From contig CAVSQV010000006.1 of the NCBI GenBank assembly GCA_963730155.1, positions 22,774 to 86,773 of the forward strand: DNA of 64,000 bases, read 5' to 3'. Positions 44,019-54,093 of the stretch are shown piece after piece. Both the position numbers and the translations under genes were made by a program. Position 1 is the stretch's first letter. The number at the start of each line of letters is the position of its first letter. The notes beneath the pieces were generated by a model. The model made no database searches and was not told where the DNA came from. It worked only from the letters and a program-made list of their open reading frames with translations. This DNA is from an uncultured Acidobacteriota bacterium (GTDB taxonomy: Bacteria > Acidobacteriota > Thermoanaerobaculia > Multivoradales > JBCCEF01).

Positions 44019-46471
44019 ACCATCCAGGGCCGGACGACCGGGAAGACCACCTCGGCGAACGAGCGCACCCGGCCCTCGAGGATCCCCCGCGTCAGGTCCC
44101 ACCAGACGCTCCCCTTGAAGAGGTCGCGCGCCATGTCGCGGAAGCGATAGCGCTCGCCGAGCGTCCGCCATCCCACCCCCTCGCTCCAGCAGCGCCGGGT
44201 CAGCCCGCGGAGGTCGTAGTCGTGGGTGTGGTGGACGAAGGCGTCGCCGCGGGTCGCGATCGCCCACCCGGCCTCGACCACCTCGCGCTGCCACTTCTTG
44301 TCCTCCATGATCGGCGCGCGCCCGAACGGGTGGCGCCGCCAGACCTCGCGCCGGAGCGCCGCGTTGACAGTCGAAAAGCCGATGCCGCCGTAGCGCGCCA
44401 GCCAGCGGTCGGTCTCGCGGGTGAAGTAGAAGCGGTGGCCGCAGGAGTCCCAGTAGAAGCGCCGCCCCGGGTCGGGCAGCTCCTGGATCCCCCCCTGGAC
44501 CGCGGCGAGGCCGGGTTCGCCCCCGAAGAGCGGCGCGGTGAGGCGGTCGAGCCAGCCGTCGTCGGCGGGCACCGCGTCCTGGTTGAGAAAGACCACCACC
44601 CGCCCGCGCGCCAGCGCGGCGCCGCGGTCGCGGGTCAAGCCGTGGTCGAACTCCGCACGGTCGATCGACTCGAGCCGGATCGGGAAGCCGCGCATCCGCT
44701 CGACCTCCTCGGGGCGCGAGCCGGAGTCGATGCAGATCACCTCGAACCGCCGCGCGCTCGCCTGCCCGAAGATCGCCGAGAGCGCCCGGCCGAGCATCTC
44801 GCCGCCGTCCTTCGTCGGCATCACGATCGAGACCTCGGGCGCGTCCGGCTCCCCTGCCTCCGCCGCGGGCTCCGGCGGCAGCCGTGCCGGCTCCGGCATC
44901 AGCTCCCACCAGGCGTCGAGCAGCCGCTCGGCCGAGCCGGACCAGTCGTAGCGCTCCTCGACCAGCCGGCGAGCCGCCGCCGCCAGCCGGCCGCCCAGGC
45001 TCTCGGGCTCGAGCCCGCCGCCGTCCTCCCCCTCGAGCAGGCGCACCACCTCGCGCGCCAGGCGCTCGGCGCGGTCGGCGACCAGGTAGTGCTCGCCCGC
45101 GGTGCCGCCGATCCCCTCGGCGCCGATCGTGGTCGACACCACCGGCAGCCCGGAGGCCATCGCCTCGAGGATCTTCAGCCGCGTCCCCGAGCCGGCGCGG
45201 ATCGGCGCGATCAGCACCCGGTGTCGCTCGAGGTAGGGGGCGACCTCGGGCACCGCGCCGACGACCCGGATGCCGTCGCGGCCGTCCCAGGCGAGGACCC
45301 GCTCGGGCGGTCCGACGCCGACCACCGACAGCGTCGCCCCCGGCCGCAGCTCCCGCACCCGCGGCCAGATGTCGGTGAGAAGCCAGTCGATGGCGTCGAC
45401 GTTCGGCAGGTGCTGGAAGTTGCCGACGAAGAGGGCGCCGCGGCGGAGCGCGCCGGCGGCGGGCGGCCGCAGCGCGGCGGTGTCGACCCCGTTGGGCACC
45501 ACCCGCAGCCGGCGGGCGCCGTCGGCCAGGAACGACGCCAGGTACGCGCCGTCGGCCTCCGACATCACGTGGACCTCGTGGGCGGCGCCGCACACCTCCA
45601 GCTCGTAGCGGAGCTGGCGCAGGCCGTCGCCGAGCGAGGAGCCGAACGCCCGGTCGTGGTCGTAGCGGCGGTGGAAGCCGGCGCGCCGGCGCCGGTGGCG
45701 CGAGCGGAAGGTGACGTCGATCTCGGTGATCACGGAGCGCGGCGCCCGCACCCGGAGGGCGTACTGGCCCAGCTCGGTGTACTCGAGCTGGAGGATGTCG
45801 ATCCCCTCCTCGTCGACGATGCGCTGGAGCCGCGCCGCCAGCTCGTCCGAGCGGAAGATCTGCTCGCCCGGCGGCCGCATGCGGAAGAGGTCGTGCGCCC
45901 ACGCCGGCTCCCAGCGGTGGAACTCGACCGCGGCACAGAACGGCTCGAGCGCCGCGCGCTGGGCCGGGTCCTCCCCCTCGCGGTCGAGGATCACCAGGTG
46001 GAGGTCGACCGCCGGACCGGCGCGGCGGATCAGGTTGTAGAGGCGCACCGCGCCGCCGTGGTCCGGCGGGTAGATCGAGTAGGGGCTGACCAGGAGGACA
46101 CGCGGCCGCCGCGCCAGGGCCGCCCGCGGCCGCGGCGCGGGCGGCACCGCCAGCGCCGGCGTGTCCGCGAGGGCCGCGCGCCGCCGCAGCGCCCGCCGGC
46201 GGATGCGGCGCCCCCAGACCAGGAGGTAGAGGAAGCCGGCGAATCGCGGCACGATCCGCAGCGGCGTGAAGGTGTTGCGCCGTGCGAAGCGGTAGGCGCG
46301 GCCGGCGGTCGAGCGCGCCCAGTGGCGGAGCCGCCGATACCAGCCGTGGGCGGCGCGCAGCGGGCGGCCGACCAGCCGGTCGACGACGCGGTGGAGCAGG
46401 CCGCCGCGCCGGAGCGCCCGGCGGAGCAGGCGCTCGGCCGAACGGGGTGGGCCGGAGGAGTCCGGGAGCAT
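43979..46471 (-). CDS. Bifunctional glycosyltransferase (GT4 + GT2 fusion)
   Basis: PPDHGGAVR, VVPNGVD, GSGTRLKILEAMASGLPVV (GT4). Then IVMPTKDG, IDSGS, FDHGLTRD, FLNQDA, MED (rhamnosyltransferase-like GT2). Confidence 0.88.
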   Translation of the reverse strand: MLPDSSGPPRSAERLLRRALRRGGLLHRVVDRLVGRPLRAAHGWYRRLRHWARSTAGRAYRFARRNTFTPLRIVPRFAGFLYLLVWGRRIRRRALRRRAALADTPALAVPPAPRPRAALARRPRVLLVSPYSIYPPDHGGAVRLYNLIRRAGPAVDLHLVILDREGEDPAQRAALEPFCAAVEFHRWEPAWAHDLFRMRPPGEQIFRSDELAARLQRIVDEEGIDILQLEYTELGQYALRVRAPRSVITEIDVTFRSRHRRRRAGFHRRYDHDRAFGSSLGDGLRQLRYELEVCGAAHEVHVMSEADGAYLASFLADGARRLRVVPNGVDTAALRPPAAGALRRGALFVGNFQHLPNVDAIDWLLTDIWPRVRELRPGATLSVVGVGPPERVLAWDGRDGIRVVGAVPEVAPYLERHRVLIAPIRAGSGTRLKILEAMASGLPVVSTTIGAEGIGGTAGEHYLVADRAERLAREVVRLLEGEDGGGLEPESLGGRLAAAARRLVEERYDWSGSAERLLDAWWELMPEPARLPPEPAAEAGEPDAPEVSIVMPTKDGGEMLGRALSAIFGQASARRFEVICIDSGSRPEEVERMRGFPIRLESIDRAEFDHGLTRDRGAALARGRVVVFLNQDAVPADDGWLDRLTAPLFGGEPGLAAVQGGIQELPDPGRRFYWDSCGHRFYFTRETDRWLARYGGIGFSTVNAALRREVWRRHPFGRAPIMEDKKWQREVVEAGWAIATRGDAFVHHTHDYDLRGLTRRCWSEGVGWRTLGERYRFRDMARDLFKGSVWWDLTRGILEGRVRSFAEVVFPVVRPWMVYRGNRSGGGVRL

Positions 46472-46488
46472 CACGTCGGGGCCGGCGG

Positions 46489-48012
46489 CTACCGGAGATA
46501 CCCCAGCGCCTTCAGCTCCTCGCGGGTCTCGGCGTCGAGCGCCTCGGTCTCGGCCCGCAGCGGCACGCCGAGCGAGCGCCGGCGCTCCCGGCTCTCCTGC
46601 TGCACGCGGCGGGCGCGGCGCGCCAGCTCCTCGATCGCCGCCGGCTCGGCGAGCGGCCGCTCTTCGCCCGGATCGGCGGCGAGGTCGTACAGCTCGGGCC
46701 GCCCCTTCGTCAGGAGCTTGCGGTCGCCGTCGACCAGCGCCCAGGCCGAGAGGCGGCCGCTCTCGTCGCCGCGCTCGAGCGCCCCCTGGCGCACCTTTTC
46801 GCTGAAGACCGTCCCCGGTTCGCCGGCGCCGGCGATCACCGGCAGGAGCGAGCGCCCCTGGAACTGCGCCGGCGGCTCGAGGCCGACCAGGTCGAGCACG
46901 GTCGGCGCGAGGTCGACCAGGGAGACCGGCGGCGCCACCCGCCGGCCGGCCGGCAGTCCCGGCCCGGCGAGGATCAGCGGCACGTGGAGCAGCTCCTGGT
47001 AGAGCTGGTCGTGGAGGAACTTGCCGTGCTCGTGGAACTCCTCGCCGTGGTCGGAGACGACGATCACGATCACCGGCCGGGGTGCCGCCTCGGCGGCGGC
47101 GAAGAGCGGCGCGAGGTCGCGGTCGACCTCGGCGATCTCGCCGTCGTAGAGCGCCAGGAGGTGCTCGATCGCACGCGGGTCGGCGGCGTCGACCCGCGAC
47201 CAGAAGGCGTCGCGCAGCTCGCGGAAGCCGCCGTCTCCCTCGCCCCCCAGGGCCGCCTCGGCGACCAGGGCCGCCTCGTCGTGCACGATCGGACCGTCGT
47301 AGCCGGGATCGTAGAGCGCGTCGAACGGCGGCTCCGGGGTGTAGGGGTCGTGGGTGTGGTAGGTGTGGAAGAAGAGGAAGACGCGCTCCCCGCCGTGCTC
47401 GGCCAGCCACTCTGCCGCCACCCGCGGGTCGCGCTCGCGCCGGTAGCGCTCGAAGCCGCGGTCGAAGCCGTACATCGGGCCGACGTTGCCGCCGCCGTGG
47501 AAGCCGGCGGTGCGGAAGCCCTCGGCGCGCAGCAGCTCGGCGAGCGTCGCCACCCCGTCGTCCAGGCGCCGCCCGCCCCCGGCCGCGGCGTTGCGCACCA
47601 GGTGGGCGGCAGGGAAGAGCGAGGTCATCATCGACATGTGGGAATCGGCGGTGTGGTACGACGCGCTCTGCGCGCGCTCGAACAGCACGCCGCCGGCGGC
47701 CAGGCGATCGAGACCGGGGCTCGGGCTGGGATCGCGCGAGCTGCCGTAGGCGCCCAGGCGGTCGGCGCGCAGGGTGTCGATCGACACCAGGAGCACGCTG
47801 CACTCGGGGCAGGGCGCGATCGGGGCGACCGGCGCGGCGGCCGAGCCCTGGGCTCCGGCCGGCGGCTGGCCGCAGCCGGCGAGGAGGGCCGCGGCGGCGA
47901 GCCCGACTGCCGCGGCACCGCGGCGTGCCAGGGCCCGCAAGGACGCCCGCAACGGAAAAGCCCCGGCCGAGAGGCTCAGCGCCGCTCGACCGGGGCCCTT
48001 GAACTTCTTCAA
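46489..48012 (-). CDS. Sulfatase-like alkaline-phosphatase-superfamily lipoprotein 1 (Thr nucleophile), start uncertain
   Basis: SIDTLRAD, SYHTADSHMSMMTSLFP, HTYHTHDPY, SDHGEEF, HVPLI, C-terminal LKALGYLR. Confidence 0.87.
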   Translation of the reverse strand: MKKFKGPGRAALSLSAGAFPLRASLRALARRGAAAVGLAAAALLAGCGQPPAGAQGSAAAPVAPIAPCPECSVLLVSIDTLRADRLGAYGSSRDPSPSPGLDRLAAGGVLFERAQSASYHTADSHMSMMTSLFPAAHLVRNAAAGGGRRLDDGVATLAELLRAEGFRTAGFHGGGNVGPMYGFDRGFERYRRERDPRVAAEWLAEHGGERVFLFFHTYHTHDPYTPEPPFDALYDPGYDGPIVHDEAALVAEAALGGEGDGGFRELRDAFWSRVDAADPRAIEHLLALYDGEIAEVDRDLAPLFAAAEAAPRPVIVIVVSDHGEEFHEHGKFLHDQLYQELLHVPLILAGPGLPAGRRVAPPVSLVDLAPTVLDLVGLEPPAQFQGRSLLPVIAGAGEPGTVFSEKVRQGALERGDESGRLSAWALVDGDRKLLTKGRPELYDLAADPGEERPLAEPAAIEELARRARRVQQESRERRRSLGVPLRAETEALDAETREELKALGYLR

Positions 48013-48039
48013 TCGACTTCGGGGCTCTGCCGGGAGTGT

Positions 48040-48702
48040 CTACCGGGTGTTGACGTACTCGTCCAGGTAGATGCTGCCGATGGCGGTGAAGTTGTCAGAC
48101 GCCATGTCGATCACGCCCATCCGGACCATGTCGATGTTCCAGGGGGTCACGTTGACGTTCGTGTTGGCGCGCAGCACACCGTCGCGGAAGACCTGGACGT
48201 TGCCGGTGCCGGCCGTCTTGTCCCAGAGGATCTCCAGCTCGTGCGGTCCGTTGCCCCAGAAGAACTCACCGATGAACTGGAAGTTCTCGTTGTTGTCGCG
48301 CTGGAGCACCGAGACGCGGTACTGGGTGTTCTCGATGTTCCGCTTGAGCGTCACGAACAGGTGCTGCCGCGGGTTGTTGCCGACCTCGCGGTAGCCCTTG
48401 AGGATCCTGACACGGCCCGGGCTGTCGTTGGGCAGATCCGGGAGCGAGACGCCGTTGGCGTCCAGCATGAGCTTGATCGAGACGGTCGGCTCCTGGGCCG
48501 GATGGTCGCTCTCGACGTAGGCCTGACCCTGGTCGACGAGGATCACCTCGAGGCCGCAGGGCTGACCGTTGCAGTTCGAGCCGACCGAGTTCGGGAGCGC
48601 CGCATCCTCGTTGACGTCGAGGCTGTTCGCCTGCGCCGGCATGGCGGCGAGCAGCATCACCGCGGCGGCCAAGAACGCGAGACTGAAGGTCTTCTTCACC
48701 AC
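48040..48702 (-). CDS. Secreted beta-rich protein, possible concanavalin-A-like fold
   Basis: GGAGG RBS. Signal ..AAMPAQA. Asn-rich. HELEILW..GNVQVFRDG..IDMVRMG..GSIYLDEY. Confidence 0.75.
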   Translation of the reverse strand: MVKKTFSLAFLAAAVMLLAAMPAQANSLDVNEDAALPNSVGSNCNGQPCGLEVILVDQGQAYVESDHPAQEPTVSIKLMLDANGVSLPDLPNDSPGRVRILKGYREVGNNPRQHLFVTLKRNIENTQYRVSVLQRDNNENFQFIGEFFWGNGPHELEILWDKTAGTGNVQVFRDGVLRANTNVNVTPWNIDMVRMGVIDMASDNFTAIGSIYLDEYVNTR

Positions 48703-49147
48703 TCTGTACCTCCGGATCCTCAAGATGGTCTCAGGACGGTCGACGGGAACGGTGCAGGAGCCCCTGCTTCCTCGACCTCTAGTCTTCCTCTCCGAGAGTC
48801 TGGCCTATCCTACACCGAGGCCGGGGGCCCCGGGAAGCCTCCCCGATATCCGGGCCGGCTGCCTAGCCGCCCGGCTCCATCGATTCCGTTTGCGACCTCG
48901 CCATGAGGCATCGTTCGGTCCATCGGCGGAAATGGAGATCAACCAACCACTCGATGGCGCGCACTGTAGCACAGGATCCCGCGACCGGCAACGGGAAAGA
49001 TCTGCAAGATCTCGCTTTCCGCGGCCCGGCCGGAGCGGCGGCGGCCGGCGGTGGATGGGATAGCATCCGCCACCCGCACGGCGGCGGGTTCCGGGTCGCC
49101 GCCCCGCCCGTGCCGAGGCCGCAGTCCCCGTCAGCACCCGAGCCGCG

Positions 49148-50647
49148 ATGCCCGCTCCCGACCGCCCCGCCCGTCCCCGCCGGCCGCGCGCCGGACGGCC
49201 TCGCCCCGGAGGTCCGTCCAGCAGGCCGGCGCCTAGCGGACCGGCCCGTAGCGGACCGGCCCGCGACGTCCGGCGCCGGGCCGCGCTCGCAGCGCTCGCC
49301 CTGGCCGCCGCCGGCTGCGGGTCGCCGGCCGCGCCGCCGCCGGCGCGCAACCTCGTGGTGGTGGTGATCGACACCCTGCGCGCCGACCGGGTCGGCGCCT
49401 ACGGCCACGACCGCGACACCACGCCGGCGGTCGACGCCCTGGCGGCGCGCGGCGTGCTGTTCGAGGACGCCGCCGCGCACTCCAACTGGACGGTGCCGGC
49501 GACCGCCAGCCTCTTGACCTCGCGCTATCCCTCCGAGCACGGGGCCGGCGTCCCCGGCGAGGTCAAGCACCTGGGCAAGACGCCGCCGAACCAGATCGCC
49601 ACCGGCGTCGAGAGCCTGGCCGAGGTGCTGCGCGACGCCGGCTTCTCGACCGGCCTGTTCTCCGCCAACCCCTACCTCTACGGGAGCTTCCAGCGCGGTT
49701 TCCAGGTCGCCGAGGTCGAGTGGGTCGACGGCGGCGCCCTCACCGACCGGGCGCTCGCCTGGCTCGGCGCCGGCGGCGGCGGCCGCTTCTTCCTCTACCT
49801 CCAGTACATGGACCTCCACCAGCCGATCCGGCCGCCGCAGCCCTGGTTCGACTGGTACAAGGTCGCCGGCGAGGGGCACGCCGAGCGCCACACCGACTGG
49901 TGGTACCTCGACCTCGACGACCCCTCGGACCCCAAGTTCCAGATCTACCGCGCCCACAAGCTGGCGCTCTACGACGGCGCGCTGCGCTACGTCGACCACC
50001 AGATCGGCCGGCTGCTCGAGGCGCTCGAGGAGTCGGGGGCGGCGGACGACACCCTGATCGTGGTCACCTCCGACCACGGCGAGGAGTTCTGGGACCACTG
50101 GCAGGCCGGGCGCGCGCTGGGCGACGACCCGCGCGGGATCTGGGGGGTCGGCCACGGCCACACCATGTACGATGAGCTGCTCCACGTGCCGCTGGTCTTC
50201 GCCGGCCCCGACCTCGCCGGGGGGCGGCGCAGCGACTGCCCGGTGCGCCACCTCGACGTCGCCCCCACCGTGCTCGCCCGGCTCGGGGTGCCGGCGCCGG
50301 CCGAGATGCGCGGCGACGACCTGACGCCGCTCCTCGGCCGCGGCGAGGCGGCGACGTGCGAGCGCCGGCCGCAGATCGCCGAGTCCCCCGCCTACGGACC
50401 TGAATCGAGCGCGATCACCCTCGGCCGGCGCAAGGTGATCGAGCGGGAGCCCGCGCTGCGCCTCCTCTTCGACCTCCGCCACGACCCCGGCGAGCGGCAG
50501 GACCTCTCGAGCGCCCGCGAGGAGATCGCGGACGCCCTGGCGGCAGCGCTCGCGAGCGAGCTGGCCGGGTTGCCGCGGGGCCGCGGCGAGGCGATGGAGA
50601 TCGACGCCGAGACCGCGGCCGCGCTGCGCGCCCTGGGCTACCTGTGA
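49148..50647 (+). CDS. Sulfatase-like lipoprotein 2 (Thr nucleophile)
   Basis: Lipobox AAGC, IDTLRAD, SNWTVPATASLLTSRYP, YMDLHQP, SDHGEEF, LRALGYL. Confidence 0.88.
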   Translation: MPAPDRPARPRRPRAGRPRPGGPSSRPAPSGPARSGPARDVRRRAALAALALAAAGCGSPAAPPPARNLVVVVIDTLRADRVGAYGHDRDTTPAVDALAARGVLFEDAAAHSNWTVPATASLLTSRYPSEHGAGVPGEVKHLGKTPPNQIATGVESLAEVLRDAGFSTGLFSANPYLYGSFQRGFQVAEVEWVDGGALTDRALAWLGAGGGGRFFLYLQYMDLHQPIRPPQPWFDWYKVAGEGHAERHTDWWYLDLDDPSDPKFQIYRAHKLALYDGALRYVDHQIGRLLEALEESGAADDTLIVVTSDHGEEFWDHWQAGRALGDDPRGIWGVGHGHTMYDELLHVPLVFAGPDLAGGRRSDCPVRHLDVAPTVLARLGVPAPAEMRGDDLTPLLGRGEAATCERRPQIAESPAYGPESSAITLGRRKVIEREPALRLLFDLRHDPGERQDLSSAREEIADALAAALASELAGLPRGRGEAMEIDAETAAALRALGYL

Positions 50648-52137
50648 GGACGATGGACGAGCCGCGCTCCCCCTCCCGCCGCGCGCGCCGGCCGCTCCGG
50701 CGCTCGGCGCTGGCGCTCGCGCTGTGCGCCGCGGGCGCCGCCGCCTGCGTCCGCGAGGCCCCCCCCGTCGAGACGCCGGCGCCGCGGCCGCACCTGATCC
50801 TGATCTCGCTCGACACCCTGCGCGCCGACGCCGTCGGTCCCTACCGCGCCGGCGTCTCGATCACCCCGCACCTCGACCGCTTCGCCGCCGGCGCCGTGAT
50901 CGTCGACCGCGTCCTGGCGCCGATGCCGTTCACCCTCGCCGCGCACATGACGATGTTCACCGGCGTCAGCCCGACCGCCCACGGCGTGACCACCGAGCGC
51001 GACCGCCTGGCGCCGGGGATCGAGACCCTGGCGCAGTGGCTGCGCCGCGCCGGCTACCGCACCGCCGGGCGGGTGACCAACGAGTGGCTCAAGGGGGACT
51101 TCGGCTTCGCCCGCGGCTTCCACACCTACCAGCGGCTCCGCCACGGCCTGACCTACGCCGAGCGGGTCAACGCCGCCGGCCTCGAGGCCCTCGAGGCGGA
51201 GAGCCTCGGCGGCGCTCCGGTGTTCCTCTTCCTCCACTACATGGACCCCCACTCCGACTTCGGCAACAACCAGGGCAACAAGCTCCCCTACTACGCTCCG
51301 CCCGACCTCCTCGGCGACCTCGCCGAGGACCATCGCGACGATCGGTACTGCGACGCCGAGGGCCGCTGCGCCACCGCCTTCCTCAACGCCGCCGACCGCG
51401 ACCGCCGGGAGCTGACTCCGGCGCGGCTGGCCGAGCTCCACGGGCTCTACGAGGCCGGCGTGCGCGGGCTCGACCGGACCCTCGGCGAGCTGTTCGACGA
51501 GCTGCGGGACCGCGGGCTCTACGACCCGTCGCTGATCGTCGTCACCTCCGACCACGGCGAGGAGTTCCGCGAGCACGGCCGGCTCCTCCACTCGCAGACC
51601 TACGAGGAGAGCGTGCGCGTGCCGCTCCTGATCAAGCTCCCCGGCAGCGCCCGCGCCGGCGAGCGGATCGGCGGCCTGGCCGACCTCGCGGACCTGCCGC
51701 CGACGCTCCTCGCCGCGCTCGGGCTGCCGCGCCCCGCGCAGGTGCAGGGACACGACCTCCTGGCCATCCACCGCGCAGGGGAAAGGGGCGGCGGGGATGA
51801 GGGTGTCGAGGGGCGGCGGCTGGCGCTCGGCCAGGACAAACTGGTGCGCAGCCGCTACGCGCTTTCCTCCGGCGGGTTCAAGCTGGTCCATGACTTGAAG
51901 AGCGGCGAGAGCGAGCTCTACGACCTCGCCGCCGATCCCGGCGAACGCCGGGACCTCTCGGAGGCCAAGCGCCAGCGCACCGCGGCGCTGGTCGCCCGCC
52001 TCGACCGCGAGCTGCGCGCCGAGCGCCGGCTCGGCCACGAGCTGCGCGCCGCGGAGGGGGGCGAGCCGGGCGAGGCGGAGGAGAGCGTCCTCGGCGACGA
52101 AGAGCGCGAGCGGCTCAAGGCGCTCGGCTATCTTTGA
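50644..52137 (+). CDS. Sulfatase-like lipoprotein 3 (Thr nucleophile)
   Basis: LDTLRAD, PFTLAAHMTMFTG, HYMDPHS, SDHGEEF, LKALGYL. Confidence 0.88.
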   Translation: MRTMDEPRSPSRRARRPLRRSALALALCAAGAAACVREAPPVETPAPRPHLILISLDTLRADAVGPYRAGVSITPHLDRFAAGAVIVDRVLAPMPFTLAAHMTMFTGVSPTAHGVTTERDRLAPGIETLAQWLRRAGYRTAGRVTNEWLKGDFGFARGFHTYQRLRHGLTYAERVNAAGLEALEAESLGGAPVFLFLHYMDPHSDFGNNQGNKLPYYAPPDLLGDLAEDHRDDRYCDAEGRCATAFLNAADRDRRELTPARLAELHGLYEAGVRGLDRTLGELFDELRDRGLYDPSLIVVTSDHGEEFREHGRLLHSQTYEESVRVPLLIKLPGSARAGERIGGLADLADLPPTLLAALGLPRPAQVQGHDLLAIHRAGERGGGDEGVEGRRLALGQDKLVRSRYALSSGGFKLVHDLKSGESELYDLAADPGERRDLSEAKRQRTAALVARLDRELRAERRLGHELRAAEGGEPGEAEESVLGDEERERLKALGYL

Positions 52138-53963
52138 GACACGCCGTCCGGGGGCGTCGCGTCGATCGCGTCGGGGCGCTCCTGGGTCTGCGCCGCCAGG
52201 TATTTCTCGAAACGCTCCGCCATCCTCTGCCGAATCGGCGTGAGCTTCTGCTCCTGCAGCGCCACCAGCATCCTCCTCCGCCGTTCGGTCAGGAACTCGG
52301 TCTTCACCAGTCTCTCGTCGAGCTGATGCATGCTATCGCCCGCAGGCCCGAGTGCCTGGACCGCTCGTCTCAGTTCCCCGTCGCGAGCAAGGAGGCCGTC
52401 TAAGAAATGCCTCTCCCATTCCGGCCAGTAGAGAGCTGGATTGACGAGCCGGCGTTTCACTTGGAGGGCCACGTCATAGAGGATCTCGAACAGGAACTCT
52501 CGCACCATCTTCGCCAGCGGTTCGGGCTCGAGCTTGGACGTCGCCTGCAACTTGGCGCTGAACTCCGCGCCGAAGACTCGCGCAACGTAGTCGAAAGTCG
52601 CATCGGCGCGAGGCAGGGAGCGTGCCGCGCGACGAAGACCCTTCGGTTCGATTCGGGCGCGATAGGGCATGAGCTGAAAGGTCAGATCGAGCAAGACCAA
52701 GTGCTGGATCAACTCACCCGGATCGGGGACCGTCTCCAGAGTCGGCGCGTTGTCGATGAATTGGGTCAGGACGTCGCAGATCAGGCCCTTGGTCCGGTTC
52801 CAGGCGAGGTCGAACGAGAACAGGTGCCCCATCCCCGAGACCTGCAGGATGTTGACGCCGCCCTCGGGGTTGATGCGCTGGATCGCGTTCGGAGGCACCA
52901 GAGTGTCGGCGCCGCCGAGGACGAAGAACATCGAGCGCGCTGCACCCACGGCTTGGCTGCCGAGCGATCGCATCGTCTGCGCATTGCCCAGGAAGATGTC
53001 CTTGAGGGTCTGGAAATAGGCGCTGGCGAACTCCTGCTCGTGGGGGAAGTTGTCGCGCGCGGCCTCAATGTACCTCCCGGAGTCGCCCAGCACCAGGTTG
53101 TCGAGCATTGCCTTCCACTTGGTCTCGTCGATCCAGCGGGGCGCCGACAGATCGGCCAGCGACCCACCTGAACAGACTGGCACGCAGCCCGAGAAGAGGG
53201 GCGGCCGGTGGGCGTCCCGGGCTCGCCGGCGATCGAACAAGAACTCCGTCAGCGCCCGAAGCCCACCCAGCGAATAACCCAGCAAGGAGATCGAAGGGCG
53301 CTCGGTGACCCAGGACCGGACGGTCGCGGCGATCCGCTCGGGGACGATTGCGCGGGGCTTCAGTTCGGGGAAGGCCTCCTCGACCCGCCCCTCGAGGAAG
53401 AATCGGCAAAGTTCCAGCGTCTCCTTCGAGCCCTGGAGGTGGTTGGTGTAGATCATCGACGGTTCCCAGGTCAACGCCTCGTTGGGGACGTGCATCCGGA
53501 TGAACCGTTCCCCGTGCTTCTCGCACAGCTTGCGGCCGTCTTCGGCGCTCTTGTAGGAGAGCGCGCGGTTCATGTGATAGGGCGTGGGAAGGAGGATCGC
53601 GAGCTTGCCCTGCGACGCCAGCCGGAGCCCCAGTTCGTCGTAGAAGGCGAAGAGCTGGTCGCCGTTGGTGTAGATCGTCTCGTCCAGCCCGTTGTACATG
53701 AGCACGACGTGGCTCTGAGGGTGGTTCGCGCGCCGGTAGCAGCGGGCGAGGAAGGAGCGATTGCACCGGTTGTCGTAGCCGGTGCCGTCGCGAAAGATCT
53801 CCTTGCAATCGGGAGAGTGCAGGCGGAACCAGTAGCACTCGACGCCGCTGGCCTTTGCGTTCAGGTCCAGGTCGAGGTCGATTCCCTTCCGGCGAGCCTC
53901 GATCAAGTTGTCGCGAAAGGTGGGGAAATCCCTGGCGTGCCCCTGGCGGCCCTCCGACTTCAT
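52128..53963 (-). CDS. Alpha/beta-hydrolase-fold protein, lower GC
   Basis: GGAGG RBS before ATG 53963. YNGLDE, PYHMNR, GYSLGG nucleophile elbow, GGADTLV (Asp), MGHLF (His). Confidence 0.72.
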   Translation of the reverse strand: MKSEGRQGHARDFPTFRDNLIEARRKGIDLDLDLNAKASGVECYWFRLHSPDCKEIFRDGTGYDNRCNRSFLARCYRRANHPQSHVVLMYNGLDETIYTNGDQLFAFYDELGLRLASQGKLAILLPTPYHMNRALSYKSAEDGRKLCEKHGERFIRMHVPNEALTWEPSMIYTNHLQGSKETLELCRFFLEGRVEEAFPELKPRAIVPERIAATVRSWVTERPSISLLGYSLGGLRALTEFLFDRRRARDAHRPPLFSGCVPVCSGGSLADLSAPRWIDETKWKAMLDNLVLGDSGRYIEAARDNFPHEQEFASAYFQTLKDIFLGNAQTMRSLGSQAVGAARSMFFVLGGADTLVPPNAIQRINPEGGVNILQVSGMGHLFSFDLAWNRTKGLICDVLTQFIDNAPTLETVPDPGELIQHLVLLDLTFQLMPYRARIEPKGLRRAARSLPRADATFDYVARVFGAEFSAKLQATSKLEPEPLAKMVREFLFEILYDVALQVKRRLVNPALYWPEWERHFLDGLLARDGELRRAVQALGPAGDSMHQLDERLVKTEFLTERRRRMLVALQEQKLTPIRQRMAERFEKYLAAQTQERPDAIDATPPDGVSQR

Positions 53964-54093
53964 CGATTCCCTCCGCTGCACGACGATCTTCGTGGTGGAC
54001 CCGGGAAGACTGCAGCAGGCCGCCGGGATGGTCAAATGCACATAATGCTCAAGAAGACGAGGTGGCTGCACCGCCCGCCGACGGCGGGGCAGG

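Noticed and set aside
49234-49263. 15-bp tandem duplication tagcggaccggcccg (SGPAR x2), and similar 12-bp repeats near 55510-55550
   Set aside because: In-frame micro-duplications in low-complexity N-terminal regions, with no evidence of function.
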